Positions 1 through 9,303 are shown, counted from the first letter of the stretch. The stretch is DNA of 64,000 nt from Mesoaciditoga sp. (GCA_002878315.1 PNIW01000014.1:20038-84037), one strand, 5' to 3'. Notes: generated by a model from the letters alone, not told the origin. Numbers and translations: made by a program.

Positions 1-271
1 ATGGCAACGAAAACTTTTTGAGAATATCTATTACACCGTTCAAGGCTCTTTGGGCGTATTCGGGGTTGTTTGCAAACTCAAAACTTACACTCAAAGGTTC
101 TCCTCCCAACGATATTACCTCCATGAGTGCCGTTCTCAAAGTGTACTTTGCCGTGATCTCAACGGGCACATTTAAAAGATCATTTTCAAGGCTTCCTATG
201 CCACCTGCGGAATCGCAAGCGTGGATCAAAAAACCATCTTTGAACCTTATCAAATTTGCATCCCTTTTCAT
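1..271 (-). CDS. cblS: alpha-ribazole kinase CblS-like (AIR synthase-related), runs off window edge
   Basis: Not in the ORF track. Hand translation from ATG at 271: MKRDANLIRFKDGFLIHACDSAGGIGSLENDLLNVPVEITAKYTLRTALMEVISLGGEP... The RD...ACDSxGGIG...ALMEV..G.EP pattern matches the CblS N-terminus, and it starts 4 nt after cobS. Confidence 0.7.
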   Translation of the reverse strand, partial: MKRDANLIRFKDGFLIHACDSAGGIGSLENDLLNVPVEITAKYTLRTALMEVISLGGEPLSVSFEFANNPEYAQRALNGVIDILKKFSLP

Positions 272-274
272 GAT

Positions 275-958
275 TCACCCCAGAAAAAATCTTCCAATCA
301 TAACACTTATTACGCCTATTTCTTCTGTCGCGCCGAGAGTATCACCGGTAAATCCCCCGATCAGTCGATTGGAAAGAAATTTCAGTCCTGTAACACATGC
401 GAGGCCTACAAGAAGAGAAAGTACTATCTTTGGAAAGAAGAGGAATGGAATCAAATACACGCTTGATCTTATCAAACTCGAAAGTTTGACAGGAAAAATC
501 GAAGCGCCAAGCCCTTCATGCCTTGCCGGCTTTGAGATGTAGGCCACAAATACCATGGCATACCGTCCGAATACCGACGCGGCGAGTATAGTAATAAATG
601 AAGATTTTTCTAAAACAAAAGCGAAGATCATCATGTAAAGCACGCCGGTTAGAATGGCCATAGGGCCAGAATTACCCATCTTCATTATTTCGAGTTTTTT
701 TTGGCGATCTTTCTGGGAAAGAAATGCGTCGGCCGTATCGAGGAGACCGTCGAAGTGGAAGGCATTGAAGATAAGGTAATTGATGAAAATCGCGCCAACA
801 ATTATGGGCCACGATCTTCCCATAAGGTAGAATATAAAAATGTAAAGGCCTCCCGAAAGATATCCTACGGCTGGAAAATCTCCAACAACCTTTGAAGGGT
901 CGATATTCACCTTTACAGGAATTCGGGATAGAAATCCTATCGCTCCTAAAATTTTCAT
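275..958 (-). CDS. cobS: adenosylcobinamide-GDP ribazoletransferase (cobalamin synthase)
   Basis: FLSRIP N-terminus, FHFDGLLDTADA, LEIMK, GGFTGDTLGA motifs; hydrophobic; in cob operon. Confidence 0.92.
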   Translation of the reverse strand: MKILGAIGFLSRIPVKVNIDPSKVVGDFPAVGYLSGGLYIFIFYLMGRSWPIIVGAIFINYLIFNAFHFDGLLDTADAFLSQKDRQKKLEIMKMGNSGPMAILTGVLYMMIFAFVLEKSSFITILAASVFGRYAMVFVAYISKPARHEGLGASIFPVKLSSLIRSSVYLIPFLFFPKIVLSLLVGLACVTGLKFLSNRLIGGFTGDTLGATEEIGVISVMIGRFFLG

Positions 959-1440
959 TTTACCTTTAGAGGTATTCCCGCGATCATGAGATATACCTCA
1001 TCTGCCACCCTCGCGATATTTTGATTGAGCCTTCCGAGTGTTTCAACGTAATGGCGCGTCATCTTTTCTGCCGGTATTATTCCCATTCCCACCTCATTTG
1101 AGATTACGATCTCATTTCCATTCAGGGCGCTCAGAAATTTACCTATTCTCTCTTCCACATTTGCGTTATGAAAAATGAGGTTTCCAAGCCATGTTGTCAT
1201 GCAGTCGATAACGCAGACATCATAATTTTTTGTTAGAGCGAGTGTTTTGTCTATTTCGATTGCCTCCTCAAAGGTATCAAAAAGATCGCCTCTCTCCCTT
1301 TTGTGCCTTTCTATTCTTGATCTCATCTCATCGTCGAAACCCTCTCCCGTTGCCAAGAATGCTCTTTTTGCTTTTTTCATCGCGATTTTAATGGCAAAAT
1401 CGCTTTTACCAGATCTTTCTCCGCCAGTTATAAAGATCAT
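955..1440 (-). CDS. cobU: bifunctional adenosylcobinamide kinase / adenosylcobinamide-phosphate guanylyltransferase
   Basis: ITGGERSGKS P-loop, DDEMRSRIERH, IDCMTTWLGN, SNEVGMGIIP, LGRLNQ. Confidence 0.93.
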   Translation of the reverse strand: MIFITGGERSGKSDFAIKIAMKKAKRAFLATGEGFDDEMRSRIERHKRERGDLFDTFEEAIEIDKTLALTKNYDVCVIDCMTTWLGNLIFHNANVEERIGKFLSALNGNEIVISNEVGMGIIPAEKMTRHYVETLGRLNQNIARVADEVYLMIAGIPLKVK

Positions 1441-2399
1441 TTGATCACCTTCTTTATAGCCTCGAACAACCTATCATTTTCCTCTTTTTTTCTAACTGCC
1501 ACGCGTATCCACTCGGTCAATCCGAAACTTCCGCAATTTCTCACGTGTATTCCGACCCTGTCCAATGATTCCTGCACCGCAGACGCATTTCCCACTTTTA
1601 ATATTCCAAAATTTGCATCTGTCTGGATTCCTATCTTCCTGAATCTAATTGCTTCCTGTCTTATCATCGGTATACTCTCATTCAAAAATTTTCCGTTGTC
1701 TATTAGAAGGAATTCGATAAATGCATATCCACAACTTCCTATAGCCCAGGGCAAACGGTTCGATTCGAAAAAATCCATCAGACTTTTATTTTTGACGTAC
1801 CCAACTCTTATTCCCGGCATACCGTAAGATTTGGTAAATGTACGTATAACGATAACATTTGGATGATCGATTTGCCATCTCTTTTCTTTGTCGACGAAAT
1901 CGATAAACGCTTCATCGAGGACGAATAAGACACCTTTATTGGCGAGAAATTCAATTTCTTTTTCAATGCGAAAATACTCTCCCGTCGGGTTATTTGGATT
2001 TCCCAAAAAGATCACCGTATTGTGTTCTTTAGAAAGATTCATTGCCACCTCTAATGCGATATCAATATCGACCTTTGAATTTCGCGGAGGAATTTTCACG
2101 ACATCTGACTTTAACGCCACCCTTTCGTATTCTCCGTAAGATGGGGAAGGAATTATAACTTTTCTTCCTTCAATGATTCGACCGATAATCGAAAATGCCT
2201 CGGTCGCGCCAGCAGTTATGACTGTGTCCTCTCCGAATATTTTGCGAAATCTTTCTTCTATCCATTCAACGTATGTGTATCTGCTCGAAATCTCTTCACA
2301 TCTTTTGAAAAGCGCACCTTTCCATTCAGGGGTGTAAGGATTTACGGAAATCGAAAAGTCTATAGAATTTTCATCGAGTGTACCGCCATGCTTTTCCAC
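1437..2399 (-). CDS. cobD: L-threonine-O-3-phosphate decarboxylase (PLP class I/II aminotransferase fold)
   Basis: HGG...DFSISVNP N-terminus, GNPNNPTG, DEAFIDF, TFTKSYGMPGIRVGY; cob operon context. Confidence 0.85.
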   Translation of the reverse strand: MEKHGGTLDENSIDFSISVNPYTPEWKGALFKRCEEISSRYTYVEWIEERFRKIFGEDTVITAGATEAFSIIGRIIEGRKVIIPSPSYGEYERVALKSDVVKIPPRNSKVDIDIALEVAMNLSKEHNTVIFLGNPNNPTGEYFRIEKEIEFLANKGVLFVLDEAFIDFVDKEKRWQIDHPNVIVIRTFTKSYGMPGIRVGYVKNKSLMDFFESNRLPWAIGSCGYAFIEFLLIDNGKFLNESIPMIRQEAIRFRKIGIQTDANFGILKVGNASAVQESLDRVGIHVRNCGSFGLTEWIRVAVRKKEENDRLFEAIKKVIK

Positions 2400-3269
2400 T
2401 CATCTCACCACCATTATGGCTAAGAAGAAAGATATTATTATTAACACTGTCAATGCGTAAAAATTAAGCCCTCTTTTTATGTCTTCGAGAACGGGAATTC
2501 TTCCGTCAAATCTGTAAACGCCTATCTTTTCAAAAGTTACACCGAGCAATCCCGCAAAGGCGCTCATTGGATAGGTTCCATTTATTTTGATGGGGCCGTA
2601 TTCGAAAATATATCTGAAAGATCTTCCCGGTCTTAAAATTGCAAAAAAGGTTGCAGTCAGTCTTGACGGAATGAAATTCATCGCATCGTCAAGCCTTGCA
2701 GCGGGCTTTCCAAACCATTCAAATCTTGGCGTATGGTATCCGACCATTGCGTCCATCGTGTTTACAACCCTGTAGAGTAGGGCACCGGGCAATCCTAATA
2801 AGGTGTAATAAAAGATCGGGCCGGTTATAGAATCAGAAGTATTTTCTGAAAGACTCTCAAGTGCCGCCGATACAAGATGCCATCTGTCGAGTTTTGAAGT
2901 GTCCCTGCTTACTATCATCGACACAGATCTTCTCATCTCTTCTTCGTCGTCGGTATCGCATTTTTTAACGTGTTCGTAAAGGCCACGAATCGAAAAGGTC
3001 GCTTTGAGAATAAGAGCCTGAACCAAAATTCCGGCGATTCCCGGCACCATCATTGCAAGTGCACCGGCCGTAAACCATATTGCGCAATTCGTTGCAAGCA
3101 TCGACAAACCGTAGATGAATTGCGCTTTAGGGGTGCTTCCCTTTTCAAAGTATTTGACGATCTTTCCCATCCATACGACCGGATGGATTGAATTGGGATA
3201 TTCGCCGATTAAAAGATCTATTCCTATCGCGATCAAAAAAGCGTAAGGGTTGGGCATGAAAAAATTCAT
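2400..3269 (-). CDS. cbiB: adenosylcobinamide-phosphate synthase
   Basis: HPVVWMG, IVSRDT, ESLSENTSD, YRVVNTMDAMVGY, AARLDDAMNFIPSRL. Confidence 0.93.
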   Translation of the reverse strand: MNFFMPNPYAFLIAIGIDLLIGEYPNSIHPVVWMGKIVKYFEKGSTPKAQFIYGLSMLATNCAIWFTAGALAMMVPGIAGILVQALILKATFSIRGLYEHVKKCDTDDEEEMRRSVSMIVSRDTSKLDRWHLVSAALESLSENTSDSITGPIFYYTLLGLPGALLYRVVNTMDAMVGYHTPRFEWFGKPAARLDDAMNFIPSRLTATFFAILRPGRSFRYIFEYGPIKINGTYPMSAFAGLLGVTFEKIGVYRFDGRIPVLEDIKRGLNFYALTVLIIISFFLAIMVVR

Positions 3270-4699
3270 ATCAATTCCTCTATACGTTTAACATCTATAT
3301 TGGATTCAAAGATCTCTGTGAATTTATCTATTTCATCGATAAGAGAAAAGGCTTTTAATGGTTGGGGCTCAAGTTTTTTTGAATTCCGTACGAGATTCAA
3401 AAATTCTTCTGTAAAATCGAAATTCCTAAAGAGGCCGTGAAAATAAGTGCCAAAAATCCTTTCTCCGATATATCCATCTTCGTAATCTGTTTGATTACCG
3501 TTGACGTATTTAACATGTGCGAAAGGACTTGCGTGATTGGATATCGATAAACCGTGGTGAATTTCGTAGCCATCTATCTTTATGAATTTTCCAGTTAAAT
3601 TTTCGATGCCAGAAAGATTGGATGTTATCTTTTCAGGCCGAAATTCCGTGTCAATTGGCAAAAGGCCGAGCCCTTTAACATTCCCGATCTTCGGATCGTA
3701 AAGATTTTCTCCGAGTATCTGATACCCTCCACATATACCGACAATGTATGAGCCTCTTTTCGCTGCATTTTTAATTTCGGCGTCTAATTTCGAATTTTTT
3801 ATCCATTCAAGATCCTCAACGGTCATCTTTGTTCCCGGTATAATTATTATGTCTCCATTCAACGGACCCGTCTGAACGAATCTTAAATTCGTATTCCATA
3901 TTAACGGATCAAAATCGTCGAAATTTGAAATGTGCGGAAGACGTATAACGTCAACATTTAAGTCGTAACCATCCGAAGATTTCCATTCTATCATCGAATC
4001 TTCTTCGGGGAGTTTGTGATTTACGTAAGGCATTACTCCGAAAAAATCTATACCGTACCTTTTTGCTATCATATTTGGGTAATCTCCAAGCAGGGATTTG
4101 TCTCCCATGAACCTGTTGAAGAGATATCCTTTCACAAGGGCCCTCTCATCTTTTTCTAACAATTCCATCGTTCCTACTATCTGGGCAAAGGCTCCTCCTC
4201 TCTCTATGTCTGTTACAAGAATTACCGGAATGCTGAAAGCCTTCGCAATACTCATATTGACTATGTCCCGTGATTTTAAGTTTATCTCGACAGGGCTTCC
4301 CGCACCTTCCACGATGACGACATCGTGAGTTTTGATCAAGGCGTCTAAAGATTCGAGTGCGCGGGATAAAAATTCTTCCTTTTTTGAATACATGTAATCA
4401 CGGGCACTTATATGACCGTATGGTTTACCGAAAAATATGATCTGAGAACCGTCTATTTCCGGTTTCAAGAGAATGGGATTCATCTTAACGGAAGGAGGCT
4501 CTTCGCATGCGATAGATTGAAGATACTGTGATCGCGACATCTCTCCCCCTTCAACGCTAACTGCGGAATTCAAAGACATATTCTGGGATTTAAAAGGTGC
4601 AACGCTCAGTCCATTTCTCTTGAAATGCCTGCATAAAGCCATGGTTATAAGCGATTTTCCAGCACCGGACGATGTTCCCTGAACCATCAGAGTTTTCAT
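3266..4699 (-). CDS. cbiP: cobyric acid synthase
   Basis: LMVQGTSSGAGKS, PFKSQNMSLNS, MNPILLKP, EGAGSPVEINL, GICGGYQILG, GTYFHG. Confidence 0.95.
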   Translation of the reverse strand: MKTLMVQGTSSGAGKSLITMALCRHFKRNGLSVAPFKSQNMSLNSAVSVEGGEMSRSQYLQSIACEEPPSVKMNPILLKPEIDGSQIIFFGKPYGHISARDYMYSKKEEFLSRALESLDALIKTHDVVIVEGAGSPVEINLKSRDIVNMSIAKAFSIPVILVTDIERGGAFAQIVGTMELLEKDERALVKGYLFNRFMGDKSLLGDYPNMIAKRYGIDFFGVMPYVNHKLPEEDSMIEWKSSDGYDLNVDVIRLPHISNFDDFDPLIWNTNLRFVQTGPLNGDIIIIPGTKMTVEDLEWIKNSKLDAEIKNAAKRGSYIVGICGGYQILGENLYDPKIGNVKGLGLLPIDTEFRPEKITSNLSGIENLTGKFIKIDGYEIHHGLSISNHASPFAHVKYVNGNQTDYEDGYIGERIFGTYFHGLFRNFDFTEEFLNLVRNSKKLEPQPLKAFSLIDEIDKFTEIFESNIDVKRIEELI

Positions 4700-4701
4700 C
4701 T

Positions 4702-5205
4702 CTACACCTCTATACCAACTCTTTGCTGGACTCCCTTTGTGTAATAGTGTTTTATCTCTTTCATTTCGGTCACAAGGTCTGCCATCTCTATGATTCTATC
4801 CGTTGCGTATCTGCCCGTCAAAACGATTTCAGTTCTTTCGGATCGCGAATTTACAAGATCGATAACATCATTCTCTGTCAAAAGTTTAATGTATACGGCG
4901 ATATTTATTTCATCGAGAATTACAAGATCATATTTGCCGCATGAAACCCTTTCTCTTGCGTAATTGAGAGTATTTAAAGCCGCATCGATGTCTTCTTTTG
5001 CCGGCTTACCTATTATAAATTCAGGTCTTCCTCCCTGAAAAAATTCTATTCCGAGTTTTTCAAAACTTTTCATCTCGCTTGTGTATCTTCCCTTAACGAA
5101 CTGGATGAATGAAACGTGTAATCCGGCCCCAAAGGCTCTCATCGCAAGTCCTATCGCGGCAGTTGTTTTGCCCTTTCCATTTCCTGTGTAGACGTGAACG
5201 TACAT
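4702..5205 (-). CDS. cobO: cob(I)yrinic acid a,c-diamide adenosyltransferase (BtuR/CobO/CobA type)
   Basis: VYTGNGKGKTTAAIG, LDEI, LTGR, ADLVTEM..IKHYY..G; start moved to ATG 5205 after SD AAGGTGA. Confidence 0.92.
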   Translation of the reverse strand: MYVHVYTGNGKGKTTAAIGLAMRAFGAGLHVSFIQFVKGRYTSEMKSFEKLGIEFFQGGRPEFIIGKPAKEDIDAALNTLNYARERVSCGKYDLVILDEINIAVYIKLLTENDVIDLVNSRSERTEIVLTGRYATDRIIEMADLVTEMKEIKHYYTKGVQQRVGIEV

Positions 5206-5222
5206 TTCTATCACCTTCTATC

Positions 5223-5251
5223 AAAAATTAAAGGCCGACAAAATGTCGGCC
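5223..5251 (-). terminator. intrinsic terminator, expression platform of the cobalamin riboswitch
   Basis: GGCCGACA-TTT-TGTCGGCC hairpin followed by TTTAATTTTT on the - strand, between aptamer and cobO SD. Confidence 0.8.
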
Positions 5252-5289
5252 GATCTCCCTTTTCATCATGCCATAGTCCTACACGAATT

Positions 5290-5437
5290 TTTTAACAGGC
5301 AGGTCTTCTGGCTCCCGGCTCAGATCTGCGCCTTCCCGTGTCCAGTGGCATTTGCAGATCCTATCTCCGGTTACAGCGGTGGGCCCGCGTCGGTTTTTCA
5401 CCGAACTTCCCTTTTAAACGATGTACCTGTGTAATTG
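5290..5437 (-). ncRNA. cobalamin (AdoCbl) riboswitch
   Basis: - strand reads ACAGGT...AAAAGGGAAGTTCGGTGAAAAACCGACGCGGGCCCACCGCTGTAA...GCCACTGGACACGGGAAGGC...AGCCAGAAGACCTGCC, the canonical B12-box elements, upstream of the cob operon. Confidence 0.95.
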
Positions 5438-5585
5438 ATTATATAACAAAAAGATTGAATTACACAAACATCGCCCAAGACGGAATCCTGTTTTTTCATA
5501 ATCCAATGGCTTACAAAACACAACGCTTCATTTTTTAGAAAAATTAGTATATAATCGAAAAAATCGTGATCTGGGAGGACTGCGT

Positions 5586-6473
5586 ATAGAAAATTCTCAA
5601 TCTAAATTTTTGCCTTTGCTTTTGCTTTCATTGCTTGTTGTGGTATGGGGAACCACCTTTCCGATAGAGAAGATAATGCTCGAGACAATCTCTCCATTTT
5701 CTCTGAATCTTTTCAGATTTTTGATAGCCGATGCTGTTATGCTCATTATCTTTTTTCCGTCTATAAGGCGTGATTTCCTTTCCGTTTGGAAGGCAGGAAT
5801 GTTGCTCGGCATCTCAATGGGTGCTGGCTTCGTATTTCAGACGTGGGGTCTTGTCTATACGACTCCGGCAAAGAGCGGATTTATAACCTCAATGTACGTT
5901 GTCTTTGCTTCTATTCTTTCATTTATATTCGAAAAGACGAGGGTGAATACTCACACTATAATCGCTCTTATAATCTCGACATTTGGCATATACATGACTG
6001 AACTGTCCGGAAGGGTCTTTGAAATGAATTTTGGAGATTTTCTAACCTTCCTGTGTGCCATAGCCTTTGCCTTTCAGGTACTTTTGATGACGATCTTTAC
6101 GAAAAAATATGAGGGAAAGGAGATAACGCTAACATTTTACCAGTTTCTCGTGATAACTGTAGTTAACCTTCCTTTTTACGCTTTTTCTAACCATAACGAT
6201 ATGTGGAATCTTTCTGATCTTATCTTTATCCTTTACATGGCAATAATCGCGAGTGTGGTGGGAATAATAATTCAGGCAAAGTATCAAAAACGCATCGGCA
6301 CTGTTCCCTCTTCTTTTATTTACGCGGGAGAGCCCGTTATGGCAACTGTATTTTCTGTTCTGATATTGAAGTCGACTTTTTCACAGACAGAGATCATTGG
6401 CTTTGTGATGATAACCTTTGCCGCAATATGGGTCCAGATATTCAATCTTTCCAATTCAAGAAAGAAACTGTGA
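5586..6473 (+). CDS. DMT/EamA family transporter
   Basis: WGTTF, QTWGLVYT, KSGFITSMYV, GDFLTFLCA, EPV motifs; about 10 TM. Start uncertain: TTG 5610 lacks an SD, in-frame ATA 5586 follows GGAGG. Confidence 0.85.
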   Translation: MENSQSKFLPLLLLSLLVVVWGTTFPIEKIMLETISPFSLNLFRFLIADAVMLIIFFPSIRRDFLSVWKAGMLLGISMGAGFVFQTWGLVYTTPAKSGFITSMYVVFASILSFIFEKTRVNTHTIIALIISTFGIYMTELSGRVFEMNFGDFLTFLCAIAFAFQVLLMTIFTKKYEGKEITLTFYQFLVITVVNLPFYAFSNHNDMWNLSDLIFILYMAIIASVVGIIIQAKYQKRIGTVPSSFIYAGEPVMATVFSVLILKSTFSQTEIIGFVMITFAAIWVQIFNLSNSRKKL

Positions 6474-6537
6474 AATTATGCTAAAGTCAGATGTTCAAAT
6501 TTAAGTGGAGGGCAGGATGACTCGATAAATGAGCGGT

Positions 6538-6677
6538 AATGGATAGATAAAGAACAGTCCAAATAATCGCAAATTGAGAATTGCAAATTTTCCATTTTCA
6601 ATTGTTAATTCTCAATTTTATTCTACGTGCCGTAAACTATGCGCTACGTACCGTTATGGACATCTGCCATAGCGGTA
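6538..6677. repeat. degenerate heptamer array with hairpins
   Basis: aattgag aattgca aattttc cattttc aattgtt aattctc aatttta; ctacgtgccgt / ctacgtaccgt repeated 21 nt apart; hairpin TACCGTTATGG..CCATAGCGGTA. Confidence 0.45.
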
Positions 6678-6702
6678 TTTGAAATTTAGAGTCAGCTCAG
6701 TA

Positions 6703-6737
6703 TATTTTTAGTCCGGCTATATGCCGGACTAAAAATA
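6703..6737. terminator. bidirectional-looking intrinsic terminator after the ABC permease
   Basis: TATTTTTAGTCCGGC-TATAT-GCCGGACTAAAAATA, 15-bp inverted repeat between convergent genes. Confidence 0.7.
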
Positions 6738-6740
6738 AAT

Positions 6741-7835
6741 TCAATCCTGGATCAATTTCTGGAATGTAAAGGTCGCCGCCAGAGAGGTTACCACCGCGAA
6801 TCCTGCGAGTACAGCGACATCGAACCATATGAAGTTCCATCCCACATTTAAAGTTATGACATTTCTTAGCGCGTCTGCAGCATAGGTCAAAGGAAAGATG
6901 TACGCTATGTATTGCATGACTTTGGGCATCTGCTGGATCGGAAAGAAGACTCCAGAGAAGAACATCATCGGGAAGGTTATGGTAGTCATCGTTATCATGG
7001 CCGTTTCCTGTTCCTTCATGGCAGCAGTTACCATAACGCCGACGCCAATGAAACTGAATGTTCCCAAAAGGAGCAAAAATACCGTCCAGAGCAGAGAAAC
7101 AGGGGAAAAACTCACTCCAAAAAATAGCCATGAAATAACGAGAATTATCATTGCCGTGACGAATCCTCTTATAGTTTGAGCAAGAATCTTACCGATAACG
7201 ATACTGCCACGACTTATAGGCGTGACCATGACGCCATCCATCGTTCCAAGTTCTCTCTCTCGCGTTATGGCAGAGGCAAGACCCGTCATAACACTCATTA
7301 TCGCTATCATAGCCATAAGACCGGGGACTGTGAAATCGTAATAGTTAAAGTTCGTTCCGTCGGCGTTTATAAGATTTGACTTAACGATATTTTGTTTGAT
7401 GTTTTGTGAGCCTGCCTGTCCAAACATATCTGAAAGCATTTGGGCCATCATTATTCCGGCCTGAGGATTCGCGGGACTTGGTATTACGTCCATTGTAACA
7501 GGCCTGTTCAGGGCTATAGAAAGAGAGAAATCCTTTGGAATTATCGCGCCAACCATTATCTTACCGCTTGCAAGAGCATCTATGAGGTCTTGCTTTGAGT
7601 TGTAAAAAATCATCTTGTTTGTCTGAGATGCGGGAAGAGATTTTTCAACTTTAGCGTTGAAAATGAGATCTTGAGAATATATTCCTATATTTCCTGAATA
7701 GGATCCGCCTGTTTTTGGAAAGATAAAGCCCAACATTAGCATCATTATAATTGGCATTAAAATGGAAAATGCAACTCTTGTGCGTCCCCTTAAAAAGACT
7801 TTTAGATCTTTCCATGCTATATCCCATATCCGCAT
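6741..7835 (-). CDS. ABC-2 type exporter permease
   Basis: IAWKDL, ITRERELGTMD, IGKILAQ, FFSGVFFP, FPLTYAADALR. Confidence 0.9.
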   Translation of the reverse strand: MRIWDIAWKDLKVFLRGRTRVAFSILMPIIMMLMLGFIFPKTGGSYSGNIGIYSQDLIFNAKVEKSLPASQTNKMIFYNSKQDLIDALASGKIMVGAIIPKDFSLSIALNRPVTMDVIPSPANPQAGIMMAQMLSDMFGQAGSQNIKQNIVKSNLINADGTNFNYYDFTVPGLMAMIAIMSVMTGLASAITRERELGTMDGVMVTPISRGSIVIGKILAQTIRGFVTAMIILVISWLFFGVSFSPVSLLWTVFLLLLGTFSFIGVGVMVTAAMKEQETAMITMTTITFPMMFFSGVFFPIQQMPKVMQYIAYIFPLTYAADALRNVITLNVGWNFIWFDVAVLAGFAVVTSLAATFTFQKLIQD

Positions 7836-7839
7836 ATTA

Positions 7840-8775
7840 TCACTCCTTTACCGTTTCAATTTCTGCGTCTAATTTTCCTTCGGATATTTCGACGTAAATA
7901 TCTTCGAGAGAAGGCTCTAAAGATTTAAAACTTCTAACTTTTATATTGGCTTTCGTAAGATAACTCATAAATTGATTGAGATCCTCAACCTCTACCTTTG
8001 CATATCCGTCTTCCTGCTCTAAAATCTTTATCTTTGGATCATTGAAAGATAACGTTCTGTCCGTTTCTATCTCAACGATCTCGGCTTTTTTGAAATGCTT
8101 TCTTATCTCATTCAAAGTACCCATAGCGACGATCTTTCCCTTTCTCATAATTGCGACCTTATCAACATTCATAAGTTCAACATCGTGAAGAACATGGGTT
8201 GTGTAAACTATAGTTCTTCCCTCTTCTCTTAATTGGACTATGAAATCCCTTATATGTTTTGTTGAGACGGGATCAAGACCGAGCGTTGGCTCATCGAGAA
8301 AGATTATCTTTGGATCCGGTACGAGCGCCCTTGCGAGATTTATCTTTTGTTTCATACCTGTGCTCATCTTTGATATGAGTATATCCTTAAAATCCCATAT
8401 ATCAAAGAGTTTCAAAAATTTTTCCGCCCTGTCATATATTTCTGGATCCTTCATTCCGTAAAGCCTTCCAAAAAATTTTATATTTTCCATAGCCGTCAGA
8501 TCGTTGTAGAGAATAACCTTTTCCGCGACGAGTCCTATATTTTTTCTTACTTCTGTCGGATTTTTTAACACATTGTATCCCGCAACTTCTACATATCCAC
8601 TTGTTGGCACGGCTAAATTCGTCAAAATCCTTATAGTCGTGCTCTTCCCAGCTCCATTTTGCCCGAGAAGGGCAAATAACTGACCGTAACCGACCTCAAA
8701 GGAAATATCATCAACGGCTTTGACATCTTTGAAATATTTCTTGAGATTTTTTACAACGATTGCTTTATCTTCCAT
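7840..8775 (-). CDS. ABC exporter ATP-binding protein (DrrA-like)
   Basis: GQNGAGKST Walker A, MSTGMKQ signature, FLDEPT Walker B, PSLEDIY C-terminus. Confidence 0.92.
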   Translation of the reverse strand: MEDKAIVVKNLKKYFKDVKAVDDISFEVGYGQLFALLGQNGAGKSTTIRILTNLAVPTSGYVEVAGYNVLKNPTEVRKNIGLVAEKVILYNDLTAMENIKFFGRLYGMKDPEIYDRAEKFLKLFDIWDFKDILISKMSTGMKQKINLARALVPDPKIIFLDEPTLGLDPVSTKHIRDFIVQLREEGRTIVYTTHVLHDVELMNVDKVAIMRKGKIVAMGTLNEIRKHFKKAEIVEIETDRTLSFNDPKIKILEQEDGYAKVEVEDLNQFMSYLTKANIKVRSFKSLEPSLEDIYVEISEGKLDAEIETVKE

Positions 8776-9232
8776 CTTCGAACCTCCTTAAAATCTCTTC
8801 CGATTCAATAAGCAATTTCAGACTTTCTTTGAGAGAGAAATTTGAATTGAAATTTTTACTTGAAAGATCGTAAAGTACGTAAAGCAAATTCTTTACGACT
8901 TTCCTCATTTCTTCGGGCATTGCAGGGTTTTTTTCACCGACAACGATACCTATTTTTTTCATCATCATCTTGAGTGTTTCAGTATTTTCTCGCAGTTGGT
9001 TGACGAAATTAACACCTTCTTCTGTAAGACTGTATATCTTTTTCCTTCCTTCTATTTTTTGTTCTATGAATCCCTTGTCTAACAAATCACTTAATTGCGG
9101 ATAAACAGTCCCCGCAGATGCCGAAACGCCTTTTCCTTTGGCGTATTTTAAGAAATCATATCCGGTTATCTCCTTTTTTTCCGACAGAAAATTCAAAAGC
9201 ATCATCTTCAACATAGGGTAAGAAGTCTTCAA
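8765..9232 (-). CDS. PadR family transcriptional regulator
   Basis: TGYD, SAGTVYPQL, RKKIYSLTEEG winged-helix motifs; heads the exporter operon. Confidence 0.88.
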   Translation of the reverse strand: MKTSYPMLKMMLLNFLSEKKEITGYDFLKYAKGKGVSASAGTVYPQLSDLLDKGFIEQKIEGRKKIYSLTEEGVNFVNQLRENTETLKMMMKKIGIVVGEKNPAMPEEMRKVVKNLLYVLYDLSSKNFNSNFSLKESLKLLIESEEILRRFEDGR

Positions 9233-9250
9233 AGTTTTACCTCCATTTAT

Positions 9251-9303
9251 ATCTAAATAGATATATCTAAATAGATTATATTCTCCTCAATTTAAAATTT
9301 CAA
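9251..9303 (-). promoter_or_regulatory. sigma70 promoter with tandem palindromic operator (probable PadR site)
   Basis: TTGAAA-N17-TATAAT (9303-9275) followed directly by two copies of ATCTAAATAGAT (+ strand 9251-9262 and 9265-9276). Confidence 0.75.

Noticed and set aside
18-542. 174-aa + strand ORF and many similar short track ORFs
   Set aside because: Antisense or out-of-frame shadows of well-supported genes, with no SD or recognisable motifs
5243-5538. Two small + strand ORFs
   Set aside because: They lie antisense to the cobalamin riboswitch and its promoter
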